From an uncultured Bacteroidota bacterium (GTDB lineage: Bacteria; Bacteroidota; Bacteroidia; Flavobacteriales; Flavobacteriaceae): a stretch of 64,000 bases of DNA. Positions 19,442 through 28,178 of the stretch are shown piece by piece. The DNA is taken from assembly GCA_902517895.1 (NCBI GenBank), contig CABYEA010000002.1, positions 9,685-73,684 on the forward strand. The letters are read 5' to 3'. Below the pieces are notes generated by a model, which was not told where the DNA came from, did not search any database, and was given only the letters and a program-made list of their open reading frames with translations. The position numbers and the translations under genes were made by a program. Position 1 is the stretch's first letter, and each line of letters starts with the position of its first letter.

Positions 19442-21235
19442 ATGAAAGATATAATTAATATTCTTCCTGAAAATGTTGCTAATCAGATTGCGGCTGGTGA
19501 GGTTGTTCAAAGACCAGCTTCAGTAGTCAAAGAATTACTTGAAAACTCTATTGATGCAAAGTCTACCGAGATAAAAGTTCTTGTTAAAGACGCCGGAAAA
19601 ACAATCATTCAAATTATTGATAACGGAATAGGTATGTCCAAAAGAGATGCTTTAATATCTTTTGATAGACACACAACCTCCAAAATATCAAATGCAAAGG
19701 ATTTATTTAATATTAGAACTAAAGGATTTAGGGGTGAGGCATTAGCTAGTATTGCGGCGATTTCTCATGTAAATTTAATATCAAAACAGCATGGAATTGA
19801 ACTAGCAACAGAAATTGCAGTACATGGAAGTGAAGTTAAAAGCAATAAGTCGACGGTAAGCGAAGCAGGTACTAAAATTTCAGTAAAAAATATTTTTTTT
19901 AACATACCTGCTAGAAGAAATTTTCTAAAGTCAAATAATGTTGAATTTAGACATGTTATTAACGAATTTATTAGGGTATCCCTAGCGCACCCTGAAATTA
20001 AATTCATTTTTTACAATGATGATGAAGAAATATATAATTTACCTATTTCAAATTTCAAAAAAAGAATCATTAATTTATTTGGATCAAAAACTTCAGAAAA
20101 ATTAGTTCCAGTTTTTGAAAATACCGAAATTTTAAAAATTGATGGATTTATATTTAAACCCAAATACTCGAAAAAAACTAGAGGAGAACAGTTTTTCTTT
20201 GTTAACAATAGATTTGTAAAAAGTGCATATTTAAATCATGCAATTAATTCAGCATTCGAAGGATTAATTGATCCAAAATATAATCCTTCTTATTTTTTAA
20301 ATTTAGAGGTTGATCCAACTACAATTGATATAAATATCCATCCGACTAAAACCGAAATCAAATTTGAGGATGAACACTCAATTTATGCAATTTTAAGGGC
20401 GTCTGTAAAACATAGTCTAGGTCAATATAGTATTACTCCAGTGTTGGATTTTGAAAGGAATAAATCATTGGATATTCCATACGATTTTGAAAATAAAAGT
20501 AAATCTGCTTCAGTTGGAATTGATATTAATACCAATTATAACCCTTTTGAAAAAAGTGAAGCAGGTCAAAAATTTGTTAAGATTGATTCATTTAACAAAA
20601 AAATGGAATCTTTAGAGTTTTCTTCAGAAACTAATCAAATAAAGGAATTTAATTTTGATGAATTGAGCTCAATTTCTAGCCCAAACAATTCTATTCAGAT
20701 AAATAAAAAATTTATTGTTAATAAGATTAAATCAGGTTTAATAATTATTAATCAAGAAAGAGCACATCAAAGAATCTTATATGAGAAATTTTTAAAGTCA
20801 CTAACTTTAAACAAAATTAATTCTCAAAAATTACTTCATCCAATTGAAATTGAGTTTTCAAAAGTTGATATTCAAATTTTAAGGTCTAAAAAAGATATTC
20901 TCAATCAGTTTGGCTTAGACTTTGATTTAAAACAAGATAAAATAATTATTAAAGCAATACCTTCATTTATAGACTCTAAGGATTTGAGTAAGTCTTTTAG
21001 TAACCTAATATATAATGTTCAGAATGATGTTCCAGACGAAAGTTTTAGTGAATCCGATTTTATTTCTAAGATTATTTCAAAGTCTATGTCTATAAAAAAT
21101 GGTAAATATTTAAAAATAAAAGAACAGCAATATATCATAAATTCACTTTTTGCTTGTAAAGAAACCATGATATGTCCATTTAATAAGAGAACTTTTATCA
21201 AAATAAATTTTTCCGAAATTGAAAATATGTTTTAG
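19442..21235 (+). CDS. mutL: DNA mismatch repair protein MutL
   Basis: 597 aa. The GHKL ATPase motifs are IAAGEVVQRPASVVKELLENSIDA, DNGIGM and GFRGEALASI. Confidence 0.95.
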   Translation: MKDIINILPENVANQIAAGEVVQRPASVVKELLENSIDAKSTEIKVLVKDAGKTIIQIIDNGIGMSKRDALISFDRHTTSKISNAKDLFNIRTKGFRGEALASIAAISHVNLISKQHGIELATEIAVHGSEVKSNKSTVSEAGTKISVKNIFFNIPARRNFLKSNNVEFRHVINEFIRVSLAHPEIKFIFYNDDEEIYNLPISNFKKRIINLFGSKTSEKLVPVFENTEILKIDGFIFKPKYSKKTRGEQFFFVNNRFVKSAYLNHAINSAFEGLIDPKYNPSYFLNLEVDPTTIDINIHPTKTEIKFEDEHSIYAILRASVKHSLGQYSITPVLDFERNKSLDIPYDFENKSKSASVGIDINTNYNPFEKSEAGQKFVKIDSFNKKMESLEFSSETNQIKEFNFDELSSISSPNNSIQINKKFIVNKIKSGLIIINQERAHQRILYEKFLKSLTLNKINSQKLLHPIEIEFSKVDIQILRSKKDILNQFGLDFDLKQDKIIIKAIPSFIDSKDLSKSFSNLIYNVQNDVPDESFSESDFISKIISKSMSIKNGKYLKIKEQQYIINSLFACKETMICPFNKRTFIKINFSEIENMF

Positions 21236-21238
21236 TAG

Positions 21239-21991
21239 ATGAATAGGATTTCACCAACAGTTAAACAACTTCTAATAATCAATATAATATTTTATTTTGG
21301 TTCTAGTTTTTCCTTGAACACAGATTTCATTTATACATTATTTAGCTTACATTTCCCTGAAAACCCTGAATTTAAGTTTTGGCAACTAATCACACACATG
21401 TTTATGCATGGAAGTATTATGCATCTTGCGTTCAATATGTTTGCGCTATGGATGTTTGGGTCTGCAATTGAGTCAATTTTCGGAACCAGAAGATTTTTGT
21501 TTTTTTATTTAACATGTGGTTTAGGCGCTGCTATTGCTCAAATAAGTTTTCTTTACTATTCATTCTATTCTAATTTAGATTTGTTACTTAGTTCGGGATA
21601 TGATCAACAAACTGTTTTGAATCTTCTAATGGAAGGGAAGTATAATACAGGTTGGGGAAATATATTAGGGCCAGAAGGTCTTATGAGTTTTAACACTTCA
21701 TTCTTATCAAATATGGTTGGTGCATCAGGAGCAATAATGGGTGTTCTTGTAGCTTTTGGAATGTTTTATCCAGAAAGTAAGCTAATGTTAATTTTCTTTC
21801 CAGTGCCTGTTAAAGCAAAATATTTTATTCCTGGTATAATTCTTTTAGATTTATTTTCGGCTATTACCGGTCAGGCTATTTTTAGCCCAAGTAATACAGC
21901 TTTCATAGCTCACTTAGGAGGAGCATTTACGGGATTTTTAATCATGTATTATTGGAAAAAGAATCAGTTTAACCAAAACAGATGGTTTTGA
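21239..21991 (+). CDS. rhomboid-family intramembrane serine protease (all catalytic motifs intact)
   Basis: The HxxxHxxxxHxxxN motif is present as THMFMHGSIMHLAFN. GASGAIMG carries the catalytic Ser163 and AHLGG carries His225. Confidence 0.85.
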   Translation: MNRISPTVKQLLIINIIFYFGSSFSLNTDFIYTLFSLHFPENPEFKFWQLITHMFMHGSIMHLAFNMFALWMFGSAIESIFGTRRFLFFYLTCGLGAAIAQISFLYYSFYSNLDLLLSSGYDQQTVLNLLMEGKYNTGWGNILGPEGLMSFNTSFLSNMVGASGAIMGVLVAFGMFYPESKLMLIFFPVPVKAKYFIPGIILLDLFSAITGQAIFSPSNTAFIAHLGGAFTGFLIMYYWKKNQFNQNRWF

Positions 21992-22737
21992 TAAATTTTT
22001 TAGAAAAGTTTAATTCAGATATAAGTAAACTTGATTTTTTTAAAAAAATAATAGTAGTTAATATCTTTGTTTTTATAATATACAGGCTTACATTCTTATT
22101 TAAGTTTCAGAATGATTTTATTTCTTATTTTTCTTTAGAATCAGATTTTCTGACAAAACCATGGTCAATTTTAACATATGCTTTTATTCACCAGGGTCTT
22201 TTTGAGTTGATTTTTATGATAATTTTATTGGTATTTTCGACTAATTCTATTTCCAATTTATTAGGAAATAAAATAACAATTAATTTATTTTTTTTAGGAA
22301 TATTTTTTGGTGGTGTAGCTTACTTATTTTCAGGATCACAAGGCTCATTAATAGGAGCATCTGCTGGAATTTCATCATTACTAATTTTCCTGCTTTTACT
22401 ATCACCAAATTTGGGAGTTAGAATTTTTAGATTTACAATAGAATATAAATATATTATGGCTTTTATATTATTTACTGATTTTTTAAAATTAATATCTCCT
22501 GGTCAGCTCGGAGTTTATTCACATATTGGAGGATATCTTGTTGGGATTTATTATTACTATTCTTTGTATGGTTTCCCAAAAAAAATAAATGTTAAAAATC
22601 AAAAAAAAAGAAAAACGAATCTTAAAAATAAGCAGAATAAAATTGACATGATTTTAGATAAGATAAGTAATAGTGGTTATGACAGCTTGAGTGATGAAGA
22701 AAAGGAATATCTTTTTAAACAAGGAGGTAATAAATGA
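21982..22737 (+). CDS. rhomboid-like membrane protein, divergent (oxyanion-hole residues replaced)
   Basis: It is paralogous to the upstream gene, but the TM2 motif reads TYAFIHQGLFELIFM. Ser (GASAG) and His (SHIGG) are retained. A basic linker and an acidic tail (DSLSDEEKEYLF) follow. Confidence 0.7.
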   Translation: MVLINFLEKFNSDISKLDFFKKIIVVNIFVFIIYRLTFLFKFQNDFISYFSLESDFLTKPWSILTYAFIHQGLFELIFMIILLVFSTNSISNLLGNKITINLFFLGIFFGGVAYLFSGSQGSLIGASAGISSLLIFLLLLSPNLGVRIFRFTIEYKYIMAFILFTDFLKLISPGQLGVYSHIGGYLVGIYYYYSLYGFPKKINVKNQKKRKTNLKNKQNKIDMILDKISNSGYDSLSDEEKEYLFKQGGNK

Positions 22738-23753
22738 AAAAACTTAGTTTTTTTGAGAAATTTCTTTTTTTAATTAATACACTGGTAGCTTTTGCATTCT
22801 TAATCTCTTTAAGTTTGTCCTATATAAAGCCAACATTTTTTTCATATTTGTCGGTATTTAGTTTAATAACTCCCTTAATAATTACTTTAAATATTCTTTT
22901 TCTGTTTTTATGGATAGCAAAGCTAAAGAAACAATTTATTTTATCACTTCTCGTCCTTATTCTAGGAAATGATAGCTTAAAAAGTTTTGTTAATTTTTCA
23001 AATAACTCAAAATTTATTTCTGATAATAAATTTTCAATAATGAGTTACAATGTTAGGCTATTTAATGTCTATAATTGGATTGAGAAAGATAATATAACAA
23101 CAAAAATCAAAGACTTTCTCAAAAATAAAAATGCTGATATTATTTGTCTTCAGGAGTATCAAAATACTAAATTTAAACTTGAAAATTATCCCTATGTGTA
23201 TGAAAAATTGAGGGGCGAGAATTTTAAATATGGTCAAGCAATATTTTCAAAATTTCCTATTGTTAATAAAGGAACTGTTGATTTTAATAGCCCTTCCAAT
23301 AATGCTATTTTTTCTGATATAAAAATTAGTAACGATACCGTCAGAATTTACAACATTCATCTTGAATCTTTTTCTTTTGAAAAAGAAATAGAATTAACGG
23401 ATTTAAATAAAAACAATGAAAAAATAATTAACGATGTTTCTAAAACCTTTATTATTCAACAGAAACAAGTAGAATTAATCAAAAAGAGTATCAATCAAAG
23501 TCCATACAGGGTGATTGTTTCAGGAGACTTTAACAATACAGCATTCTCATATATATACAAAGAACTTTCTGTTGATTTAAATGATAGTTTTAAAGAAAAG
23601 GGAAACGGCTTTGGAATTACATTTAATTATAGTCTAATCCCTTTAAGAATTGATTTCATACTAAGTGATAAGTTTTTCAAAATAAACCACTTTATAACAT
23701 ATAATATTAGCTTGTCAGATCATGAGCCAATTTTTTCCCATTTTACTTATTAG
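22734..23753 (+). CDS. endonuclease/exonuclease/phosphatase (EEP) family protein with N-terminal membrane anchor
   Basis: 339 aa. Three N-terminal transmembrane segments are followed by SYNVRLFN, DIICLQE, VSGDFN and SDHEPI motifs. Confidence 0.75.
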   Translation: MKKLSFFEKFLFLINTLVAFAFLISLSLSYIKPTFFSYLSVFSLITPLIITLNILFLFLWIAKLKKQFILSLLVLILGNDSLKSFVNFSNNSKFISDNKFSIMSYNVRLFNVYNWIEKDNITTKIKDFLKNKNADIICLQEYQNTKFKLENYPYVYEKLRGENFKYGQAIFSKFPIVNKGTVDFNSPSNNAIFSDIKISNDTVRIYNIHLESFSFEKEIELTDLNKNNEKIINDVSKTFIIQQKQVELIKKSINQSPYRVIVSGDFNNTAFSYIYKELSVDLNDSFKEKGNGFGITFNYSLIPLRIDFILSDKFFKINHFITYNISLSDHEPIFSHFTY

Positions 23754-24360
23754 TTTTATTAAAATAATTTAAACTGTTTAGACCTTCATTAAAGACTAAA
23801 TCAATGATACTTAAATTAGAAATAAATCCATGTTCAGTTTCAAAGACTTGAGTATATTTTTGTATTAAATTTCCTCTGTCTATACTTTTTCTGATACTCA
23901 AATTTCTAAAATCAAAACCTGAATTATAGTCATCCCGAAAGCTGGAGGTGAAATTAAATTTTAAATCTTTTTCAAGTAAATTAAATATAATCGCTATTGA
24001 TTTTATGGTTATATCAATCAAGAATTCTTCTTTTTTTTCAAAAAATTCAATAAAATGTTCTTCAAAAAATTCAAAATAAGGAGAACTTCTATAAGCAATT
24101 TGAATTGACTTAAGATGATTTTTTTGCCAATTACTATTATTACATATTCTAATATCTTTAAGTTTTTCTTTTTTTGAGCTTGAAAATTTAACTGGAATCG
24201 TCAAATTTAATTTTCCGTTAGAACTATAAATTGAAGTTCTATTTCTAAATGTCTGCTTTTGATAAAAATCATTTATTTCAAAAATTAAATTTTTAGATTT
24301 TAATAGAAATGAAAAGAATTCAATATTAGGAAAGTAGGTGGGATGTATTATGGTTTTCAT
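23743..24360 (-). CDS. WbqC-like family protein
   Basis: The likely start is the ATG at 24360 (MKTIIHPTYFPNIEFFS...), forming an ATGA overlap with the lepB stop. WbqC-like features include QKQTFRNRT and SIIDLVFNEG. Confidence 0.6.
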   Translation of the reverse strand: MKTIIHPTYFPNIEFFSFLLKSKNLIFEINDFYQKQTFRNRTSIYSSNGKLNLTIPVKFSSSKKEKLKDIRICNNSNWQKNHLKSIQIAYRSSPYFEFFEEHFIEFFEKKEEFLIDITIKSIAIIFNLLEKDLKFNFTSSFRDDYNSGFDFRNLSIRKSIDRGNLIQKYTQVFETEHGFISNLSIIDLVFNEGLNSLNYFNKTNK

Positions 24361-25913
24361 TGTAATTTCTTTCTTCTGAAATAAGAAATTATATTCCATA
24401 ACAAAATTATTACTATAAAATGAATCAGATAAGATGTGGGTTGACCATCCCCATGAACAGTAGTAAACATTCTATTCCATCTTATTTTATTAAAACCTTT
24501 TCCATTGTAGTCAATACTAAGCCATTTAAATACTGGCTTTCCTACAACATGATCAAATGGAACAAAACCCCAAGATCTAGAGTCTTGAGAATTACCTCTA
24601 TTATCACCCATTAGCCAATAATAGTCTTGTTTAAATGTATATTGATTAGCTATAGAACCATTGATATAAATATTATCTCCATCTATATATAGGTCATTGT
24701 TTTCATAAACTCTAATTGCCCTTTCGTAAATTGGTAGATTATCCATAGTTATTTCAATTGTTTCACTTTTTTTTGGAATATAAATAGGGCCAAAGAAGTC
24801 GTTATTCCAATTAAATGATGGTTTTTGAGGAAATACCGATAGGTCTTTAACTCCACGAGGTAATGTGTCTTTTTTAATCCATTCGACGTTAGTGTCTTTT
24901 TTTAGTTTTTCAAGAGATGCATCACTGATACCCATAAATTTATATGTGTAATTATTATTTATTGGCCCAAACCTGTCTGTTATATCATAATTCTTGATCA
25001 TTATTTTTTGATTAAACTTATTCTTTTTAGGTTGAACTAGATATGAAAATTGGAGCTTAGCTCTTTCAGGTAATTGATTTTTTTTCCCGTTAATATAAAC
25101 ATAGCCATTTATGATTTCTAATGTGTCTCCTGCAATTCCGACAGCTCTCTTCACGTAATTAGTTTTTTTATCTATGGGCTTATAATAATTTTTATCTGTG
25201 TAGAACATATTAACCATTGTGTCGACAGGCCAATTAAAACATACAATCTCATTTCTTTTAATTTTTTGAAATCCTGGTAGTCTCATATATGGAAGTTCTG
25301 CTAGAAAAGGTAATTGTTCTTTGTTTAGATAGGATCTTATTTTAATTACAGGAATTGTGTCATGTACCATTGGGGCTGCTATTGATGTCATGGGAACTCT
25401 TGCTCCGTAGTGAAATTTGCTAACAAATAAGAAATCACCAACTAATAATGATTTCTCCAATGATGATGTGGGAATGGTATAAGGCTGTATAAAGTATGTA
25501 TGAACAAATGTTGCCGCAATTACAGCGAATATGATAGAGCTAGTCCACTCGCCATTTGAGCTTTTAGGGTTAATGTCTCTGTTTTCAAGATATTGTGCTT
25601 TTGTAAAATAATTGATATAATAATTATAAAAACCTAATGAGCATATTGAAAAAAAAGTATCAGCATATGAGTTTTTCTTAAAACTTCTTGAAAGTTCTAC
25701 CCAAATAACTGGAATTATTATTGTGTTAATTACAGGAAAAATTATGATTAAAATCCACCACCATGGTCTATTTATAATTTTTAGTAATATAAAAACATTG
25801 TAAATAGGAAAGAATGAATAGAATGGTTTATGCCCTGAAATCTTATATAATTTCCAGGTGCCTATTCCATGAATAAAGTTTAAAACTAATAAAATAATCA
25901 GTATTTCACTCAT
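24357..25913 (-). CDS. lepB: signal peptidase I with N-terminal DUF5684-like membrane extension
   Basis: 518 aa. The catalytic regions are IPTSSLEKSLLVGDFLFVSK and VKRAVGIAGD, with GDNRGNSQDSRSWGFVP also present. The N-terminal ~100 aa carry WKLYKISGHKPFYSFFPIYNVFILLKIINRPWWW. Confidence 0.88.
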   Translation of the reverse strand: MSEILIILLVLNFIHGIGTWKLYKISGHKPFYSFFPIYNVFILLKIINRPWWWILIIIFPVINTIIIPVIWVELSRSFKKNSYADTFFSICSLGFYNYYINYFTKAQYLENRDINPKSSNGEWTSSIIFAVIAATFVHTYFIQPYTIPTSSLEKSLLVGDFLFVSKFHYGARVPMTSIAAPMVHDTIPVIKIRSYLNKEQLPFLAELPYMRLPGFQKIKRNEIVCFNWPVDTMVNMFYTDKNYYKPIDKKTNYVKRAVGIAGDTLEIINGYVYINGKKNQLPERAKLQFSYLVQPKKNKFNQKIMIKNYDITDRFGPINNNYTYKFMGISDASLEKLKKDTNVEWIKKDTLPRGVKDLSVFPQKPSFNWNNDFFGPIYIPKKSETIEITMDNLPIYERAIRVYENNDLYIDGDNIYINGSIANQYTFKQDYYWLMGDNRGNSQDSRSWGFVPFDHVVGKPVFKWLSIDYNGKGFNKIRWNRMFTTVHGDGQPTSYLIHFIVIILLWNIISYFRRKKLQ

Positions 25914-26455
25914 AATTCTATATTTAGAGAGATTCCAAAATTAGATTTATTATTTACTTTGTTAAATTCAATATTAGGTCTTAAAGTTAAGTTGTCATCC
26001 AGGTTGTATTGCAATAAATGTGCATCTACGTTTGCATCAACAATGTTTAATATGTATAAACCAACTGTAACTAAAATAGATAGCTCTTTATTTCTTTTTA
26101 ATGTACTCTGGGCTCTTATTAAACCATCGTTTGAAATAGCAGGGTATTGACCATTTCCATAAAACTCATCATCTGTGAAGCCCGCTAATCTTCTCTTATA
26201 TGCATTCCTATATCTGTTATAATCTTTATCATTTTGATTATAGAAATATAAACCTGTTGCTAGTGCACCATAAACAATAGGTATTTTCCAATATTTTTTA
26301 TTATATGCTTGACCTAATCCTGGAAGTACAGCAGAATAAAATGTAGCTTTAGAGGGTCTTAAGGCCGTTTCTAATTCTTTTTCGTAATCTTCATTTTGAC
26401 CATAACTAAAAATAGAAACAAAAAATAGAATGATATATAATAAAAATTTATTCAT
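25910..26455 (-). CDS. DUF5683-like protein
   Basis: 181 aa with a signal peptide and the segment SAVLPGLGQAYNKKYWKIPIVYGALATGLYFY. It sits in the usual position downstream of parB in Bacteroidota. Confidence 0.6.
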   Translation of the reverse strand: MNKFLLYIILFFVSIFSYGQNEDYEKELETALRPSKATFYSAVLPGLGQAYNKKYWKIPIVYGALATGLYFYNQNDKDYNRYRNAYKRRLAGFTDDEFYGNGQYPAISNDGLIRAQSTLKRNKELSILVTVGLYILNIVDANVDAHLLQYNLDDNLTLRPNIEFNKVNNKSNFGISLNIEL

Positions 26456-27323
26456 TGATTTTTTTAATTAATCTTAAAAAATCAGATTTTGATTTAAAAT
26501 TTAAAATAATTTTGCCAGTTTTATTTTTATTAAAAATAAAATTAACTTTAGTTTGAAGTTTTTTTTCAGCTTTAATTTTTTGTTTTGAAAAATCATGGCC
26601 AAGATTATCCTTTATATCTTTTTTAATAGGATTTTTTAAGGTGCTAACTAGTTTTTCAGTATTTCTAACTGATAAATTCTTTGAAATTATTCTTTCATAA
26701 ATAGAAAGCTGTAATTTTTCGTCATCAATATTTATCATTGCCCTTCCATGTCCCATTGATATGAAACCATCTTTTATGCCACTCTGTATTATTGGATTAA
26801 GCTTGAGTAATCTTAAATAATTAGTTATTGTTGATCTTTTTTTTCCAATTTTTTCACTCAATTCCTCTTGTGTAAGGTTGATTTCTTCAATTAGTCTTTT
26901 GTAAGAAATAGCAATTTCAATAGAATCCAAGTCTTGCCTGTGTATATTTTCAACTAGTGCCATTTCGAGTGATTGTTGATCGTCAGCCTTTCTTATGTAA
27001 CATGGTATTTTATCAATCTTTAACTTTTTAAATGCTCTTAATCTTCTCTCTCCAGAAATTAATTGAAACTTATTTTTAGATATTTTTTTTATTGTTATGG
27101 GTTGGATTAGTCCAATATTTTTAATGGAAATGGCCAATTCTTCTATTTTTTCTTTGTCGAAAGCTGATCTAGGTTGAAATGGATTTAAGGCGATTTTTGA
27201 AATATTTATCTCTGTGCCATAATTCGTGTTGACGTTAGAAATTGAGCCAGGATTATTTTTTGAATCTTCTAAAATAGATATTAATCCTCTACCTAAAACT
27301 TGTTTCTTTATTGCTTTAGCCAT
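26448..27323 (-). CDS. parB: chromosome partitioning protein ParB/Spo0J
   Basis: 291 aa. The sequence contains NPFQPR, GLIQPI, LISGERRLRA and an HTH region (QEELSEKIGKKRSTITNYLRLL). Confidence 0.92.
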   Translation of the reverse strand: MAKAIKKQVLGRGLISILEDSKNNPGSISNVNTNYGTEINISKIALNPFQPRSAFDKEKIEELAISIKNIGLIQPITIKKISKNKFQLISGERRLRAFKKLKIDKIPCYIRKADDQQSLEMALVENIHRQDLDSIEIAISYKRLIEEINLTQEELSEKIGKKRSTITNYLRLLKLNPIIQSGIKDGFISMGHGRAMINIDDEKLQLSIYERIISKNLSVRNTEKLVSTLKNPIKKDIKDNLGHDFSKQKIKAEKKLQTKVNFIFNKNKTGKIILNFKSKSDFLRLIKKINE

Positions 27324-28086
27324 TATGAGTTTTTGAAATAAGTTCTTTTGCCAAATTTAAGTAATTATCAGCTCCTTTGCTGCTAACATCATAATCAATT
27401 ATGCTTTTGCCGTAACTTGTTGCCTCACCTAGTCTTACATTTCTATGAATGACTGTTTTAAATACCATTTCATTGAAATGAGTTTTTACTTCTTTTTTAA
27501 CCTGGTTTGAAAGATTTAAGCGAGTATCATACATAGTTAAAAGAAGTCCTTCTATTAATAGGCTTTCATTGTGAATTTTTTGAATACTTTTTATAGTGTT
27601 TAGTAGTTTACCCAAACCTTCTAGTGCTAAGTATTCGCATTGTATTGGAATCAACACTGAATCAGATGCAGACAATGCATTAATTGTTAATAGCCCTAGG
27701 GAAGGAGGGCAGTCAATAATTATAAAATCATAATTTGTTGCTACTTCCATGATCGCATTCTTTAATAAGTACTCCCTTTGAATCATGTTAACTGATTCAA
27801 TCTCTATTCCTACTAAATCAATGTGGGCGGGAATTACATCAAGGAATTCGAGTTTAGTCTTATAAATGCAATCATTAGTTGAACACTCATTTTCCAATAA
27901 ATTATATATTGTTTTACTTCCAATATTTACCTCGACTCCTATAGATGAGCTGGCATTTGCTTGTGGATCAAAATCAATTAGTAAGACTTTTTTTTCTAAA
28001 GCTGCAAGTGCAGATGATAAATTGACTGAAGTTGTTGTTTTTCCAACTCCACCTTTTTGATTAGAAATAGCAATAATCTTGCTCAT
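27316..28086 (-). CDS. parA: chromosome partitioning ATPase ParA/Soj
   Basis: The deviant Walker A motif is MSKIIAISNQKGGVGKTTT. The start is taken at the internal ATG at 28086 rather than the 28140 given in the track. Confidence 0.92.
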   Translation of the reverse strand: MSKIIAISNQKGGVGKTTTSVNLSSALAALEKKVLLIDFDPQANASSSIGVEVNIGSKTIYNLLENECSTNDCIYKTKLEFLDVIPAHIDLVGIEIESVNMIQREYLLKNAIMEVATNYDFIIIDCPPSLGLLTINALSASDSVLIPIQCEYLALEGLGKLLNTIKSIQKIHNESLLIEGLLLTMYDTRLNLSNQVKKEVKTHFNEMVFKTVIHRNVRLGEATSYGKSIIDYDVSSKGADNYLNLAKELISKTHNG

Positions 28087-28178
28087 TTTTAAAAAATAAT
28101 GAATTTTAAATTTACAATTAATAAAACTTAATAAGAACAATTTCTTGTTAAAGAAATTTTAAAATGTTAACAGTAAAA

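Noticed and set aside
28165-28172. The palindrome TGTTAACA upstream of parA was considered as a possible parS remnant.
   Set aside because: It matches only the outer 4+4 nt of the 16-bp parS consensus and lacks the CACGTG core. An 8-bp AT-rich palindrome is expected by chance.
15984-28178. The region was considered as a possible replication origin because recF, parAB and (further on) rpmH are classic oriC-neighbourhood genes.
   Set aside because: There is no dnaA, dnaN or gyrB and no non-coding stretch longer than about 134 nt. I saw no cluster of TTATCCACA-like boxes and no obvious switch in gene orientation.
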